NCBI GenBank assembly: GCA_030704615.1
Contig: CM060734.1
Span: forward strand, 35,464,001 to 35,528,000
Length of the DNA: 64,000 nucleotides
Source of the DNA: Takakia lepidozioides
Taxonomy: Eukaryota; Plantae; Bryophyta
Direction of reading: 5' to 3'
Notes under the pieces: model-generated
Told to the model about the DNA's origin: nothing
The model's input: only the letters and a program-made list of their open reading frames with translations
Database searches by the model: none
Program-made: the position numbers and the translations under genes
Shown: positions 50,451 to 64,000 of the stretch, in pieces
Layout: each line of letters opens with the position of its first letter
How positions within the stretch are numbered: the first letter of the stretch is position 1

Positions 50451-53400
50451 CTGCTGCGTGTTTCAATGCAAATTCACTTTCCTCCTTGCTTACTCTTTGG
50501 AACATTGTAGTAATGATTGTCTGCTTATGCGCCATGATGTTGGATCCACACAAATCACTTCACAAAGTGCTGTCACCTCCAAACTATCGCCATGAAAACT
50601 TGAAAAATTATACCAATGCAAACAACATAATCCAAAGATCAAGAATAAAATTGTTCATCCACATCAATTACGATCAAAAACCTATGAGGATGAATGTACA
50701 ACGAATTTAAGTCGCATGACATAAATTTATCCACAAATCTTGGCCGAATTTTCGAAATTAAAATATTTCTAAAGATATTTAGAAAAAAAGAAAAGAAAAA
50801 TGACACTGAATCATTTTAAATATATATATATATTCCGGTAGAGGCTTGGCGAACTGCATAGGCAAGTACGGTGATGTCACCCACTATAAGCAACCCAGTT
50901 GCGAAGGGGGTGGTTGGGACAGCTCCAATGACTTTCGAGTCCTTGGGGGAGTTTTGAGCAACCCCGTTGGACTTTACGACCATGTTAGAAGGTGTCCACC
51001 TTCCAAACAAAAGGTAATAGGTCTAGGGGAGATGAATTGCCCTCATAAGTTACACTTGTTTTCTCTCCTCTAATATTTGTCAATTGGTCTACAAAATAGA
51101 CTGATTCTAGGCTACTAGATGGTAATTCGCTAAAATTTTGAGTAAAAACATACGGTTTTTAGCTCAATGGATCTCAAAAGCTTTCAAAATGCTGGAATGA
51201 TGTAGGGAATATTTATGATTGCTCAACTACTATGCTGACACTACAAAAGACCTACAAGAAAAACAAACCCCAAAAACTTTGGAATTGGTGGACCCAAAAT
51301 TTAGAGACAACCAAGTTGTAGCCTAGCGGTAATGGGCACATGCCACCTGGGAAGTGGTTGTGTGGTCAACCCACCCAGTGGTGTCACGAAGGTGTCCACC
51401 TTCCCGCCGGAAGCAGTACCCCCTTGGGATTCAAGAGACACAATAATTTACGCTTCCTTAGAGCGGCGTCATACTTTTATACTTGTTTTTTGTAAGTTTA
51501 GAGAGCTTAGACCTGGATCCTACTTTTCACTGCTATTACCTGCTTGACTCGAACTAGCTCATACACCGTCTATGGCTTGAGAGACTTGGCATTGTTTGGG
51601 GAAGAGACTTCAGGGAGAAAGGCATCGGTGTTCACGTCGGACACAAATGGCCTTGTAAAAGTTTTGCTAGTCACAACTCATGCAGTGTGGAAGAGAGCTC
51701 ATACCTTTTTTAGGGTTGTTGAAGTGACGACCTGGACATCGTTTGATTAAAATTTACTAATGTTGCTTCCCTGATTCTTCTGTACATTGCCAACATCTTC
51801 AGTTCACAAGGTTCTCTCTGTACTAATTTGCTCACCGTACCACCAGGAACTCATAGCAGAGGAAACTTATATGGACGCTAGCTTGCATCATCGTTTTGTC
51901 ATGCTTCTCGTCTGTACCTGCAGGCGGCTAAGGTTGGTGGATTTCTACCTGGATTTTGCCTCGAGATGTGCCAAAATTTCGCCATTTCGACCAGTCCACT
52001 ACTGGTCCCCATCTCATCTAGTATCTTCGTCAACATGTGACTTTGGCCTCGTGCCATATATAGTCCCAGCATGAGAGAGGGTCCCGACCCCTTGGCCTTT
52101 CCTTCATGGAAGTATCGGTGAATACTGCTAACTAGGTACAAGCACCTACACGGTATCGCTGATAAGTGGGGCGAGATTCTGTTTGGACTCTGCGAGCGTA
52201 CTGTCACTTCGACCGGTGCACTTGAGACCGACGACTCTACACCTCCACACGCAAGGAATCCAACTTGCGTAGTCACGATGGATCGTGGGTGAGGCAGTGG
52301 CAAATTTGAAGGATAGAGTAGCTAACAGCATTGTTAATTCTGAGTAATATTACAAGGCTTTGCTTGTCTGCTATATGAAATCATAGGGCTTGGCCGGCAA
52401 TATCCTCTATAATAGCCAGCGGTTGAATTATTCACCTGGACCTATTCCAGCATGGCCAGTATCGCTGACAACCCATTATCTGAGCTGGTACAATATCGCG
52501 TCGTCCGGTTCAATTGGACTTCTTGAGTGGCGGTTTAATTACTGATTCTTCATGGCTATGAGGATGCCAGCATGCCCAACAAGTCTGGCAATGCGTACGT
52601 AAGTACTAGAATATTAGAAGTTAGAACAGCTCCATGGCGTGGCGTACCACCTGACCGTGAGATCCAGCTTGAGTTCACTGACAGGTCTCCGTGGCCTTCT
52701 ATCTGGCCATCAGATTCTGAGAATGTGAGTAGCCAAAAACTAACTTATCTAGAGGTATAAAGTGGACCTGCAAACTGTCGGTAGGCTATATTAGGTCTAT
52801 ACTAACTATTAAGGGACCATTTCTAGGGACAAGAGGATATCCATTGATCAGTACAACATTACTCCATTATATCGTCCATGACGATTGCCCTAAGTGTACA
52901 TTCCGTCTACATTCAATTAGTGTGATCTCTGACCATTGTATAATGGGTTGCAGTCATAGGACAATACTCATGTCATCTCTGACCGCTTGAGATGCAACTG
53001 GAAGCAAGCTAGATTGATGAAGTTCATCTCTAAACTCCCATATGTAGGTGCCACAAAATGAGCATCCATTGTTGGGAGAAGACTGCTTTTTTCAAAACCA
53101 AGTTTGTAAAAGAACAGGGACTAGAAGATTGTTTACAGTTCAAACCGGCCCTCTTTAACACTCAAATAGGTAAGATTTGAGTGTAACTTCGTGAGCAAAC
53201 GTAACGGCAGCTGACACGGGAAGGCTCTACGGAAGGCCCGCACAGACCCGGTGCTTGCGTCGCCTTCACTGCTCCCCTGGCCCTCCGGCGTGCATGTGTG
53301 ACAACTGCACTTTTGCCCCACAGTCCTCTCGTTGTCACCACCAAACTAGACCTACAAAACTCACTCTGCAGCTCTGCTTATTGTGGTCGTCCAGGTGAGC

Positions 53401-56400
53401 TGCTTTCACCTCACGTGAAAGAGCCCAGTTCACCTGGGACTTTGTGAAAGGGGCTTCCAAGGCTCTCATGTAAGACGATAGTTTCGGCAGGGATCACCTC
53501 TCTCTGGCCATGCGATGGGCAAACACTGAGTCAGGATTTGGCGGGTTGAAATATCTAACTTCTAGATGATATTTGGGCACAAACAGCGCCCGTTCACTGG
53601 ATTCCGTAAATCGTCGTACGTACTTTGTGCCTTCGGAGCGCACTGTAAGGAGGTGCGTTGTAGATTCCCCCGCTGGCTCAGGTTGATCATCCTGTCCCTT
53701 TCTAACCAGTTTCCGTCCGAAATTCGAGTAAATCTGAAGCTAGAAAGTTCTATCTCTAGACTCTGGAGTCTCGACTGACTAGAATAACGATCGGATGGCC
53801 TACAAGCAGGGGTATATAGCGCAGATCTCAATGGGCAAGTTGGTGACGGTGCAACCTGTGCTGCGTCACGCCCTGCCCCAGTGACGTCAAAAGCCCTGCG
53901 GTGGTACGATGTTGTGGCTGTGATCATAGTTCCACAAGCGGTGAAGGAAATTGATCTCGAATCTGAAGTGTACCGAGGCTGAATGACGGCGCCCTAACTC
54001 GCAAACTTCGAGCTGATACCGACATTCTAATGCTTCAATCTACTTCCAAAAATAGAGGCTGGCTGTAGCTTTTTCTCTCTTTTGGAAACCTCTCGCAATT
54101 TGAAACTACATATTCCCAGCTCTTCCCAGGGGCCACGGTGTGCTAAGTTGCTAACCCAACATCACTTCAACATAGTTTCCTCATCGTGCTCACTTTGACT
54201 TGCCGTAGCATTACATACCAGCGGAGTTACGGACTAACTTGGCGGGGCCAGCTTCCAAGGAAAACTCTTTGAAGTTTGAGAGTTCTAGGATAGCTAGGAA
54301 TGCCCGATTGCGAGGCCCCAGGGTCAGAACCCACATCTAGTCACTTGCACGGCCTGCTTTGAGTGTGCCATACACATCATGCATGCAAGGTGTCATGTTT
54401 GAACGGCAAAGTTGCTCTTCTCCTCCATATTTTACCACAAGCCTGGATAGGCCTCTCTACGACGATAATGTACCACAGACTGAATGTCGTGACGGATTGG
54501 GTGGGCAGAAGGAGTATGGTACTCCTCAACAAGGTTCAGAAAGTTCACACGATCGTGAGAAGGGAGAGAGAGAGAGGGGGGGAGAGTCTAACACAGGGTC
54601 AATTGTAGATTCAGACGATGATTCGACCAGACAAAGTTAGGTAATTTACAATGGCCAAATGTGGACCGGCAAGTCGGAGAAATTTCCAACTGTGGCACGA
54701 TGGCAATCATGTTACATTCTGAGTTGGTCTTTGTGTAATCCGGTACAGTCAAACCTAGTCAACCTTTTACCGTACTCACATTCTTCTCAACTTTTTGTTT
54801 TCTATGTTGCCTCTTAATTAGAAAAGAAGGTTTAGTCTTTCAAAAGAATGCAGGTTTAGGGTATCTATATAACAATGAATTTAACACCTAGGCTTCTCCA
54901 TGATCATCGCTGAATACCTCATACCTCTTACTTTGTTTTTCCCAAATGTTGGTTTCTTATATTATTCTTAAAAAGCCTAAGCGAATGCACCCAGGTCAAC
55001 ATAGCTGTGCCACAGCTATAGCTATATCTTCTTAAGGGATTCACACTTCAGTCCAGATATATGCTCAAAATTGTCAACATTTGTCTCTAACTTAAGTGAG
55101 CTAGCTACCATTGCTACCATTACTGTTTTCTTTATTATTCCTACTATCTATTTTTTCTTATACCCCCTTGGTGCTAGCCATGAGGCCTCAGGCTGGATTC
55201 CGTGTTGTCTGATTGGGTGGAGTGTCTTGACATCCTTGTCTTCATGTTGAGATACTCAACCATGTGCTTCTAAATCTCTTGCAAATTTTCCGCTCGAGAC
55301 CTTTCCCGAGCATACCTGGGCTTATCTAGCAACCAATCGGCCGGTTAGCATGCAAACCGGCATACACCATGAGTTTGTTGTGAGTGCATTTTCTCGAGTC
55401 CCAAGGCAAAAGTAGGCCCACAATGTGTTGCGGTCCAACATCTCCCACGTGGGTTGGTGGACATGTCACGCGAAGAAGTGCTCCATGAAATTCTGAGAGT
55501 AACGGAAGAATTGACTTCACAGCAGGCAATGGCCCACAAAGAAAGTTTAAAGATCAGGGAATCAATTCAACAACCCACGAAGCCAGTGGCCTCCCTCCCA
55601 CCTTTTGCTTGCTCTCCCACACTGTCAGGAAAGAGGCGTCCGTAGACTATTCCGTTGCAGTTCGGTATGTCGCACGATGTCAATCATGGATTGCATGATT
55701 TTTTTTCCCCCTTCTATGATGTATTCTTCGCATCTGTCCTCACCCCTCATTGGTCTTCACAGATAAATAAAATTGAGGGACAAGGGGAGCACTCCTTTGC
55801 ACGAGCATTTCATGCTCAGTTTCTGGGTTCTCCAAAGTAGGCTCTTCTCAAAGGCCTTCATACTACATCACATTCATGACTCATTATATTCTATAAAGGG
55901 CCCACACAAGCCTTGAGGCCCAAAGTCCACAAATCCCAATCTTGAAACTTACAGGTGAATTGAGTTGGGTTCAACGTTAGCCCAGTAATCTGAGCCAATT
56001 GTACAGTGCCCATGTTCTGCTAAAAGTTGGCTCCGGTATATGTACTTCAATCAAGGTTGATTACATTAATGGTTCAGGGCGGTGTAACTACATATTTCAG
56101 CGATGCTCAGTGCGCTGGCCTGCTGCAAGATGCTCTGCAAGTGCAATTAGGTCATTAGGTGCATGGTCAAACCTAGATAAATGTTAGGCTTTGGCTAATG
56201 GGACCCTTTCAACAATCTTTGAGGGCGGAAATTTTCTTTGATATGGGGGTTTCGCAAAGAAGGTCCAAGGTTTCGAGAGAAGGAAAGAACGTGGAGGTAG
56301 CATCAAGGAGCTGAGGAGGCACGGAGCTGAGCCCTGCATTCAGGACGGATTCCACCAAACAGCTGAGCACAGAGTTATGGCATGTGAGTTTTTGAGCATC

Positions 56401-58339
56401 TTGATAGTCAATCACAAGTGAACACTGTAGTTCAAGATAACCGATAGTTCGGTACTGCATTGGGTTTGTAGATGTGCAGCAGCACCACCTGGAGAGTACA
56501 GTGGACAGATACTTCAACGCAACATCGTGCACTCATCACTAGAGAGCGCCATTCCTAGTGTTCTAGCTAAGTTCAAAATGGTAACCGTCAAAGTAGTCTG
56601 GGGTGCGCCTGGTGGATCATGTTTAGGAAAGCGAAGTTTTAGACAACAAACATTCAACATACTCCTAAATTGGGTAGGATTGGGCTCTCGAGGTAGATCC
56701 AGGCCATTAATAGAGGTGGCCCACTGCACCATCCGTTCACCCTTCTCGCCTGGCCTGTTAATGACGTAACTAGGTGCTCAGTGGCATGTGCTGTTTCTTC
56801 TGGATGGGTCAATCCAGCAGGCCTTCCTGCTGAACCAATCCCAGTGCAAGCCTTCCGCGGGAAACGGGGAAAAGGCTTCACTCTTCCGAATGAATGCTCT
56901 GTGAACGCTTTCTTTACAGGAGTAGAACACAGTATTCTGCCGGTTGTGCTTATGGTCTTTCAATGCTCCCTGTACAGAGCATATAAAAGGCTGTGAGGCG
57001 TAGAAGCATGAATCAGCTTACTAAAGGGCTGCAAATTGAAGGGGTAAATGCCCTTCATTGCCTTAAAATAAGGGCTATCCGCAAAATGGCCTGTCACATT
57101 TAAGGGCTCCTAGTTGAACAAACCGTCACATTGAAAATTATTGCATGGCGAGGAAGAGCAGGTCTATATTTGGCCCTTCATGAAGCTGGTGCCAGTCTCG
57201 TGGGAGAAAGGGACTACCTGCACCATGCATGGGGCTTTTGTGGAATTAAAAAAGGAATGGCATGAATGCTTTCCTAATGTTACATGAGCCTACTATGGCA
57301 AATGGTCATGAATGGTAATTCTATCATCCAGGTTTTAATAAGACAAATTTTCATCACATATGCGTAACTGCCTTCATCAGGATGCTTTAGATGCATGCAT
57401 GTTGATCTATGAAAATGGTGCTAGATGGAGGAAAATAAGCTCTGTTCTGGGTATGGAAGTCCATGAAAAGAAGTTAGGTTGCCAGATATAGTATGAGTTG
57501 TAGCAGCCCTTGAATCAGATACTATGATCCAAGTCTTTCCAGAACACTGTAATGTGCTAAGTTTTGAATGTTTCTATAGACAAATTCATGGTTTAGCTAC
57601 AAGGAATTGTGGCCTTTCACTGATACAGACTCATCTGAGGTGAGTACCTTGTGTTTTTAATGTCTTGCAGAAAATAATGGCGTATATGGTTAAAAGCTGT
57701 CCGTACAAAGAAAGACGAGGTCGCCCTTCAATTTGAAAAGTTCAAAAGGGCTAACTTACACGAGCCTGAGCTCAGGTAGGACAAGGGGAACTCTGGCCCT
57801 GCACTATAACTGTATGTACAGAGCGTTGGCCTGCTTGCACTGTAATTATGGTGCTCCCATCCATGTACATATTCCGCTCTCCTCCCCTTCTCAATTGGAA
57901 CTCCTGAGCGTCCCGAACTTTCAGACTTTGAAAATTCTAGTAGACTGGGTGCTCAAATCATTCTTCCACATGAGGAGAGACACCCGCAGACGACAGAGAC
58001 AACATTACGTACGCTGTCTTCTGCTGCATATGCAGCTGACCTTTCACAAGGAGAAAAGCCGGAAGGGTCACTTTACATTCTCGACCTTTCGAGAGGTAAA
58101 GAAGAGGTAACTTCTGATGACCTTCAAATCGCAACCCTGATCAGGATGGCAGCAACCCCCGCCATATGGGCCCCCTCGAAGTATCAGGAGCATTAAAGAA
58201 GGGGTGAGATGGGGCAGGTGTGAGATCCACTGCGCTGACAGGGAACAGAGTGGAAAGTGTTTCCATTTGCGCGCTGCACAACAAGACTCGGTACGAGAGC
58301 GGCTCCCATATCGGGAACGATGCCGTCTACGGCCCCCCT

Positions 58340-58530
58340 CCCACGTCACGCAGGCCCGCCCCACGTGCGACAGCCTGGGGGGCATGCCAGTTTCTCCACC
58401 GAGAACACTGTCTAATTCCAAGCCTGCACGTGCACTCTCCTTTCCTCTTATATATTCCCACCTCCTCACTCTTCCTCCCATCTTCTCTCGCTCGCTCTCT
58501 TTCGCTCCAGTCGGTTTCCCTTCTTCTCCC
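58340..58530 (+). promoter_or_regulatory. Promoter-like region (CACGTG boxes, TATA, CT-rich leader) with no identifiable downstream CDS
   Basis: CACGTG at ~58362 and ~58427; TTATATAT at ~58448, then a pyrimidine-rich patch. Confidence 0.35.
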
Positions 58531-61500
58531 GGGGGGAGTTGTGCCGGTGCCCAGCTGCAGGGATTGGACTCCCGATCTGGAAAATAACTTGGGTTTCCGG
58601 GGCGCCCAATTTGCAGTAACGACTTGGGTGCTGATGGCGCCGTGGAGGAGAGGTAGATTTCAGGGGTGTGGTTGACGTTTGATGGATTTGCGCAGTTGGG
58701 TTTTGCATGTTCAAATCTGTTTCAATTGAAGTCGATGAGGTTGTGAAAAGGTGACTGATAAGGTGCGGTGGTTGAATTGCAGATTTGTGAAAGGGGTCAG
58801 AAACGGTGCTGAATTGCTGGTTGGGAGTATTGGATCTCCTGTTCTTGATGTTTCAATTGTTCTCGGGTTTCGACACTTACACCTAACGTTGCATGGAGTC
58901 TATGTCTGGATCCCTTCAGTAATCTTACTTCTTCTGTCTGTGTCGAGCTGAATCTTCTTAAGAGCGACACAACTTATGAGGAAAGAAAAATAAAAATATA
59001 TGTCAAGACAAAGAAGAACTGCGGAGATTGTCCAGGCATGGCCTTCATGCATGCTAGGCGTGTGACGGCACCCGTGAACTGCTGAAACTGTTGCCACTCA
59101 CAGTATATCGTCAACATCTGCTGCTCATGCGTCCATCTCGGAAAGGTGCACTCTCTGTTTTGATGTCTTGCTTGTACATACACCGTTGTGGATACGAAAG
59201 AGAACATACACCAGCTGATTTTGGAGGAACGGGCCCGGAGCGGGTCTGTTCTCCCAGTCACTTCCGCACATGTCTTGTGCACATAATATTTTGATAGGGC
59301 CACCTATGGCTAGTCATTGGCAGGATGCTGTTGTGCTAGTCTTTCGTATTCATTATGACTGCTTTTTTGCCAGGCTCTTCTCCTGCATATATATATCTAG
59401 TATGTATTGGCATACATGTGAACTCTATGTCTATTCATTGTCTTCGTGGCATATCTTCACAGGGAGTCGATCTTAATTTTTTGTATTGTTTGGCCAAGGC
59501 ACCTAGCCAGTTGACTGCAGTCTCAAGTTTTAAGCAAAACAATTGCCTGGCTCAGCTGAATTAACGATCAAGTTGCTGCATTTGGGTTGAAGACGGATTG
59601 TAGTTACGCCACACAACTCTTTAATCACGTGTGATCTGTACACATCTTACTATGTTACACTTTTGATTGTAGCTTTTCTACTTTGTGATCTGCAATTGCG
59701 AATGGTGGATCTTGAATATACGTGCTGCAATATAATGTGAGGAACAATTAGAGGAACTTGGGAGAGAGTGAGGCACTAAGAAATTGTTCAGGCATCCTAA
59801 TTATTGTCTGGATACAACGAGTTTCAAAGAGGCATTATCGGCAAAGACTATTTCTTCAGGCCTGGTGTTCGCTTGCGTTTTCAAAAACGCATCGATGGCT
59901 GGACGGTAGGGCTTGGAAGAGTAAAGTAGGGCATGCATTCGATGTGAGAATCATACATGCGAAGTTGGTTCTATCAACCGGTTTACTTTCCATTCCTAAG
60001 ACATGCACACTGTTTATCTTGTAGATATTTTTCTTCTAGACTCAGCACAAGAATACTGTGACGCGTAGGTTTCCCTTAGGTCGCGAACTTATCGAACAGA
60101 CTACGCAGAAGCTAGCCTCGGACCCTTGTCGTTCAGAGGATACTGAAAAGCTGGTTTGTGCTTTCAAAGTGAAATTTATACGTGTGTGGTTTCTGTCACA
60201 AACTTCTGACTGGTGTAGCAGTTTCCGAAAGTGTACGTTGTGGGCACTCGTTAGCTGGACAGACAAAAGCTTTCTATCAAGTACAAATGGACGTCGAACT
60301 GCGATTTGCCGATACATTCAAGTGTATCAATCAGTGATACAGCGCCCGGCGGAATCGACAGAAAGCCCCTCAACCGCTCCTGATTGAGCACAGAATCTTT
60401 GTTTGGGGACCTTCTCCGTGATCACTCCCATCAGTTACCGTATCGCAGTCATATGACTACTGAGACTGATCAATTGATGTTTGGAAAATCCTTGAAAGTT
60501 CAAAGACTATCTAGTCTGCAGTGGTTCTAATTCCTCGTCGCTCCAAGATCGCAAGTATGCAGTCTCGGGTGCTTACACTTCACAAGTGGCCATGATGACC
60601 AAGTCTGTTTTACTTTCAAGCATCTAGCGTACCAAGACGAAGGCCTGCATCAACTGCTCATCATGCGCTGAGAAAAGGGTATCCATCCTTAATGGGTCTA
60701 GATTGCATGGTGCAGCTTGCCACGCAGAGGAGGTTATGCTAGGCCCAATACACACAGCAAGACTTTCAACGATATTCAAAGAAATGTATAGTTTTGTATC
60801 ACGCACGCTAGAGTTTTTATGTTCTTCACAATGTTCGATCGATCAACTGTCGGTGGATGGTAGTCGGAGACTGCAGGTTTGTGGTTGTGAACACGGCCAG
60901 TGACGATACTTTTTGCAGTGCTAATAAATACAAAGTAGCAAACTGTACTCTAGCACTATGATCAATAAATTCCAATATTGAAGTTGTACAGCTACATGCA
61001 GATCGTGCTCTAAGTCAATGATTGTACCGCTTGCAGTATCAATTGTTAAAGTCGAATTTCAAATGCGAGACTTCTATGGTATCCGAAAAACAAGGTGTCC
61101 TGTTTTAGAACTTCAGCAGAGGTGTAAAACCAGCCTGAATCCCACCATCTTGTGTCTACTGTTGCAGGCAGCACTAGAGATCGGTTGTCCAGGGACCTCA
61201 ACAATCAAAATCCGAAAATGCAATCCTACTGTACAAAATGCAATGTGAGCAACCCAAAAAGAAGAAACAGGATAGTCCGAGGGTGGCCATGGAGTAACTA
61301 ATTTCACCAGAACGATTGCAAATGGGTACAAAAGTCATTCCAGGGAAACTTACAAACTAATGTGATCTAAATGAACAGATACCCCTTAGATAGAGAAATT
61401 TCAGGGATTTGTGTTATATACTACCTTATATAGATACCTTTTCCCATATTCCTTTCTACAAATTTACCAAGGTTTAAACTTTAAACTTAGGGTTTCTTGA

Positions 61501-63377
61501 CTGAAGGGAAGGGACGTACTGAGGGAGACGGCTCGGGATTTTGAAAGTGACTAGCAACATTCTGTTTACGTGGAGTCCAAAGGGGAAGGGGGAGTTGGGC
61601 AGTTTCCATACCACCCACTTCGTATGGGGAGAACAACCGAGACAGACAGAACGCATGCAGTGTGGGAGAATGACACTAAGTACTACATACTATTATAATC
61701 TGTGGAAAAGAGTCAAATGCTCTACAGCTGACCATATGTCATGACGTTCACACATGCTTTACTATTTCCTGGCGCTGCTCTATCTATGGTGCAGCTACAG
61801 AAAGCATAAAACTTGGTTTTGGCAAGCAGAAAATCGCATTGTACATATCAAATACGAGCTTCAAGAAATACATTGAACGCGTTCAGCTTCAGCCAGCTTC
61901 AGCCAATTGATAAACGATTGAGAACTGACCATACAGGGCAAACAAAGCATCGGTGGTATTGAAGAGCTTTCGCCTCCCGAATCTCGGAGTGACTCAAAGT
62001 CCTAGAGCTTCTAAGATCTTATGCGCCTATTGAGTCTTGCCAACATGTAGGGGCTAAGGTTTACAGCAGAGCAAGAAATTCGTGTGTGGCTCAAGTTCGG
62101 TAGTATCAAGCAGACCAATCAGAAAAGCCTCTGACTCCCGAAGGAAAGATGAAAGAGAATCGAATTGAGCTCCATATCTGAGGAGGAACAGAGAGCTTGA
62201 GCAGTTCGGAATGTCATGGGACTGCATGGAGGTAAAATCTGTAGAGGTGACATCTTTTTGCAAGCTGTTCACCTTTGCCCCTAAACATTGACAAGACCCC
62301 ATGGGCACACAACTGACCGTGAGGATGTCGCTGGTTCCGTTTCAGAGGTGCAAACGTTTCCCCGAAACACAGGGACGCCATCTAGAAACCTTCATATCAC
62401 CCTGATAATGTCCCGAATCCTGCTTGCGGAGTCACAACATCTACGGGGCTCCCAGATCCTGTTGGCCAGTGTCTTCAAGCATACCGACAATGCTAACTAA
62501 CCGAAGCTAATAGGAACATGAAACAGTGCAAAGCAGAGCAACAAACAACCCAAAGAAGAGATGATCGAAGACTGAAGATGGGCTGAAGAGCAAAGAGCAA
62601 CTAATATTATGCTAGAAATCGTATGGCCTGGGCACACGATCCTCCTGGATTCTGCTACGAGACTCGCCTTCTACAACCTGTCCTTCCATAACCGTCAAAG
62701 CATCCACCGTCCCAATCTACCGCACTGAGGCTCGCAAGGACTCTCTGTTACCCTAAGTTATTCACCGACAGTTTTCAGTACTATTTTCCTTCCGATATAT
62801 GATACATACATCGGACCAAAGACCAGATCTTTGCATTCTAATTGGTGAAGAGATGACTTATTTTTAACCGTTCATCTTTACAACTTGGGCGGTCAGATGT
62901 GCATCCCTCATTGTTGTCTTCCTCGTTGGGCTCGGGAGAGATGGCCTGCACAGATTAGGGCTAGGGTTTGGGATGGAGCATCGTAATCTCGAAGAAGGAA
63001 TGTTTTGATGCTGTGCATCACGTTGTCGCAAGTAATGTAGATACATCTGATACATATGCGGGAATCCAATTGGCACCTAAGGATAGAGCATCTTGTATTG
63101 TGGAACTAGGGTTTTGTGACGGAAGGATTTGACTATGGCAAAGCTTTGATCTGCCTGAAGACTGAGTGTAGGGGTGTGGATAGACTCAGTTTTAGCTCAT
63201 TTTGTACATCAATCATCTGCATTGCTGTTGAAAGGTGTCCAGAGACCTCATGTGCTTCTCGAACGGGCCAGAGACGAACCAACTGGAAACAGCCATCGCT
63301 TTCTCCGTCAGACGTTTGCGGAGTAGTGGATCATAATTGGCCTTCGAACTGGAGGACGTCGGAGAACGAAGAGAGCG

Positions 63378-63494
63378 ATGGATTTGGCTGGCATTGTCGC
63401 GGTGCTGCTTGTATCAATAGTGTTCTGGGAGGTTGCAACTGCGTACCAGACGGGCGACTCTGTGCCCCTGTCTAGAAGGGGTCAATACCATGGC
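63378..63494 (+). CDS. First exon of an NPU-like (At3g51610-like) membrane protein; gene continues beyond the window
   Basis: Signal peptide followed by AYQTGDSVPLSRRGQYHG, recalling the 'AYRPGDIVPMSKMGQYH' N-terminus; phase-0 GT donor at 63495. Confidence 0.65.
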
Positions 63495-64000
63495 GTTAGT
63501 CTCTCCCGCACTCTTTTTCTTTCAGTTTTTCATTGGCAGGAACTCCTTACAGATGAATAGCGGTAGCACTGGCATGGAATTTAAAGTGGTAATTACGGAG
63601 TCTTCGGCTTGCTTGTAGGAGAATAGATTGTCTAGCAGCAAACCCTACAGCGTAAGTGCTGTTGAGGACAAATTTTCTTTCAGCTGGAGTTTGATCATTG
63701 ATGTGTGATTTTGGGTTTATGGGAGCAGCAACGGACGCCTTGGTTTGATCAGCTTGGCCGCCATAGCCCACATTTTGGTGTCGATACTGAGGTACGCTTC
63801 GCTTTTCCCAAAGTCACTTTACACTGTTGAAAATCAGACCTATCGATTCCAATGCTAATTCACTTAGCCGGCAATTGGGTGGGAGACTTGAATATTGGGA
63901 GAAAAGGAGTGAGGACCCTCCATGACAGAGGCAGTAATTGTACTCTGTCTCTTGCTGTCTCTCTCTTCCTCTCTTCATTTTGAGGTCAGATCGTACCTAG

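Noticed and set aside
51500-57500. Scattered short ORFs
   Set aside because: No recognisable domains or consistent exon chain.
59544-59553. TGCCTGGCTC resembling the start of miR160
   Set aside because: Only 10 nt match and no hairpin is evident.
59900-62600. Possible decayed LRR/NLR pseudogene on the minus strand
   Set aside because: Only faint Leu-rich fragments, with no diagnostic motif.

Overview
Eukaryotic, repeat-rich land-plant genomic DNA. A captured axonemal dynein exon suggests a lineage with flagellated sperm (bryophyte, lycophyte, fern, or cycad/Ginkgo). Host genes: a two-exon LRR-extensin (minus strand), a head-to-head 11-exon SWC2/YL1 (VPS72) gene, and the first exon of an NPU-like gene at the right edge. 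The middle is a nest of transposons: a LINE interrupted by a 12.9-kb Gypsy-type element, itself interrupted by a CACTA carrying a dynein exon, followed by a full-length chromovirus, hAT-type MITEs, tRNA-derived SINEs and a pogo-like relic. The most unusual object is the 18508-31395 element. It has a DDE integrase and a 4-bp TSD, yet its termini are split/permuted (B ... PPT-A-GA-B-A) instead of two identical LTRs, which is the product expected if integrase cut a circular cDNA at an internal att-att junction. It also carries a dUTPase-like domain, a tRNA-Ala-like PBS and a -1 slippery site with a pseudoknot. piggyBac-like signatures occur near 1.9-2.4 kb. All calls were made by eye; no searches were run.
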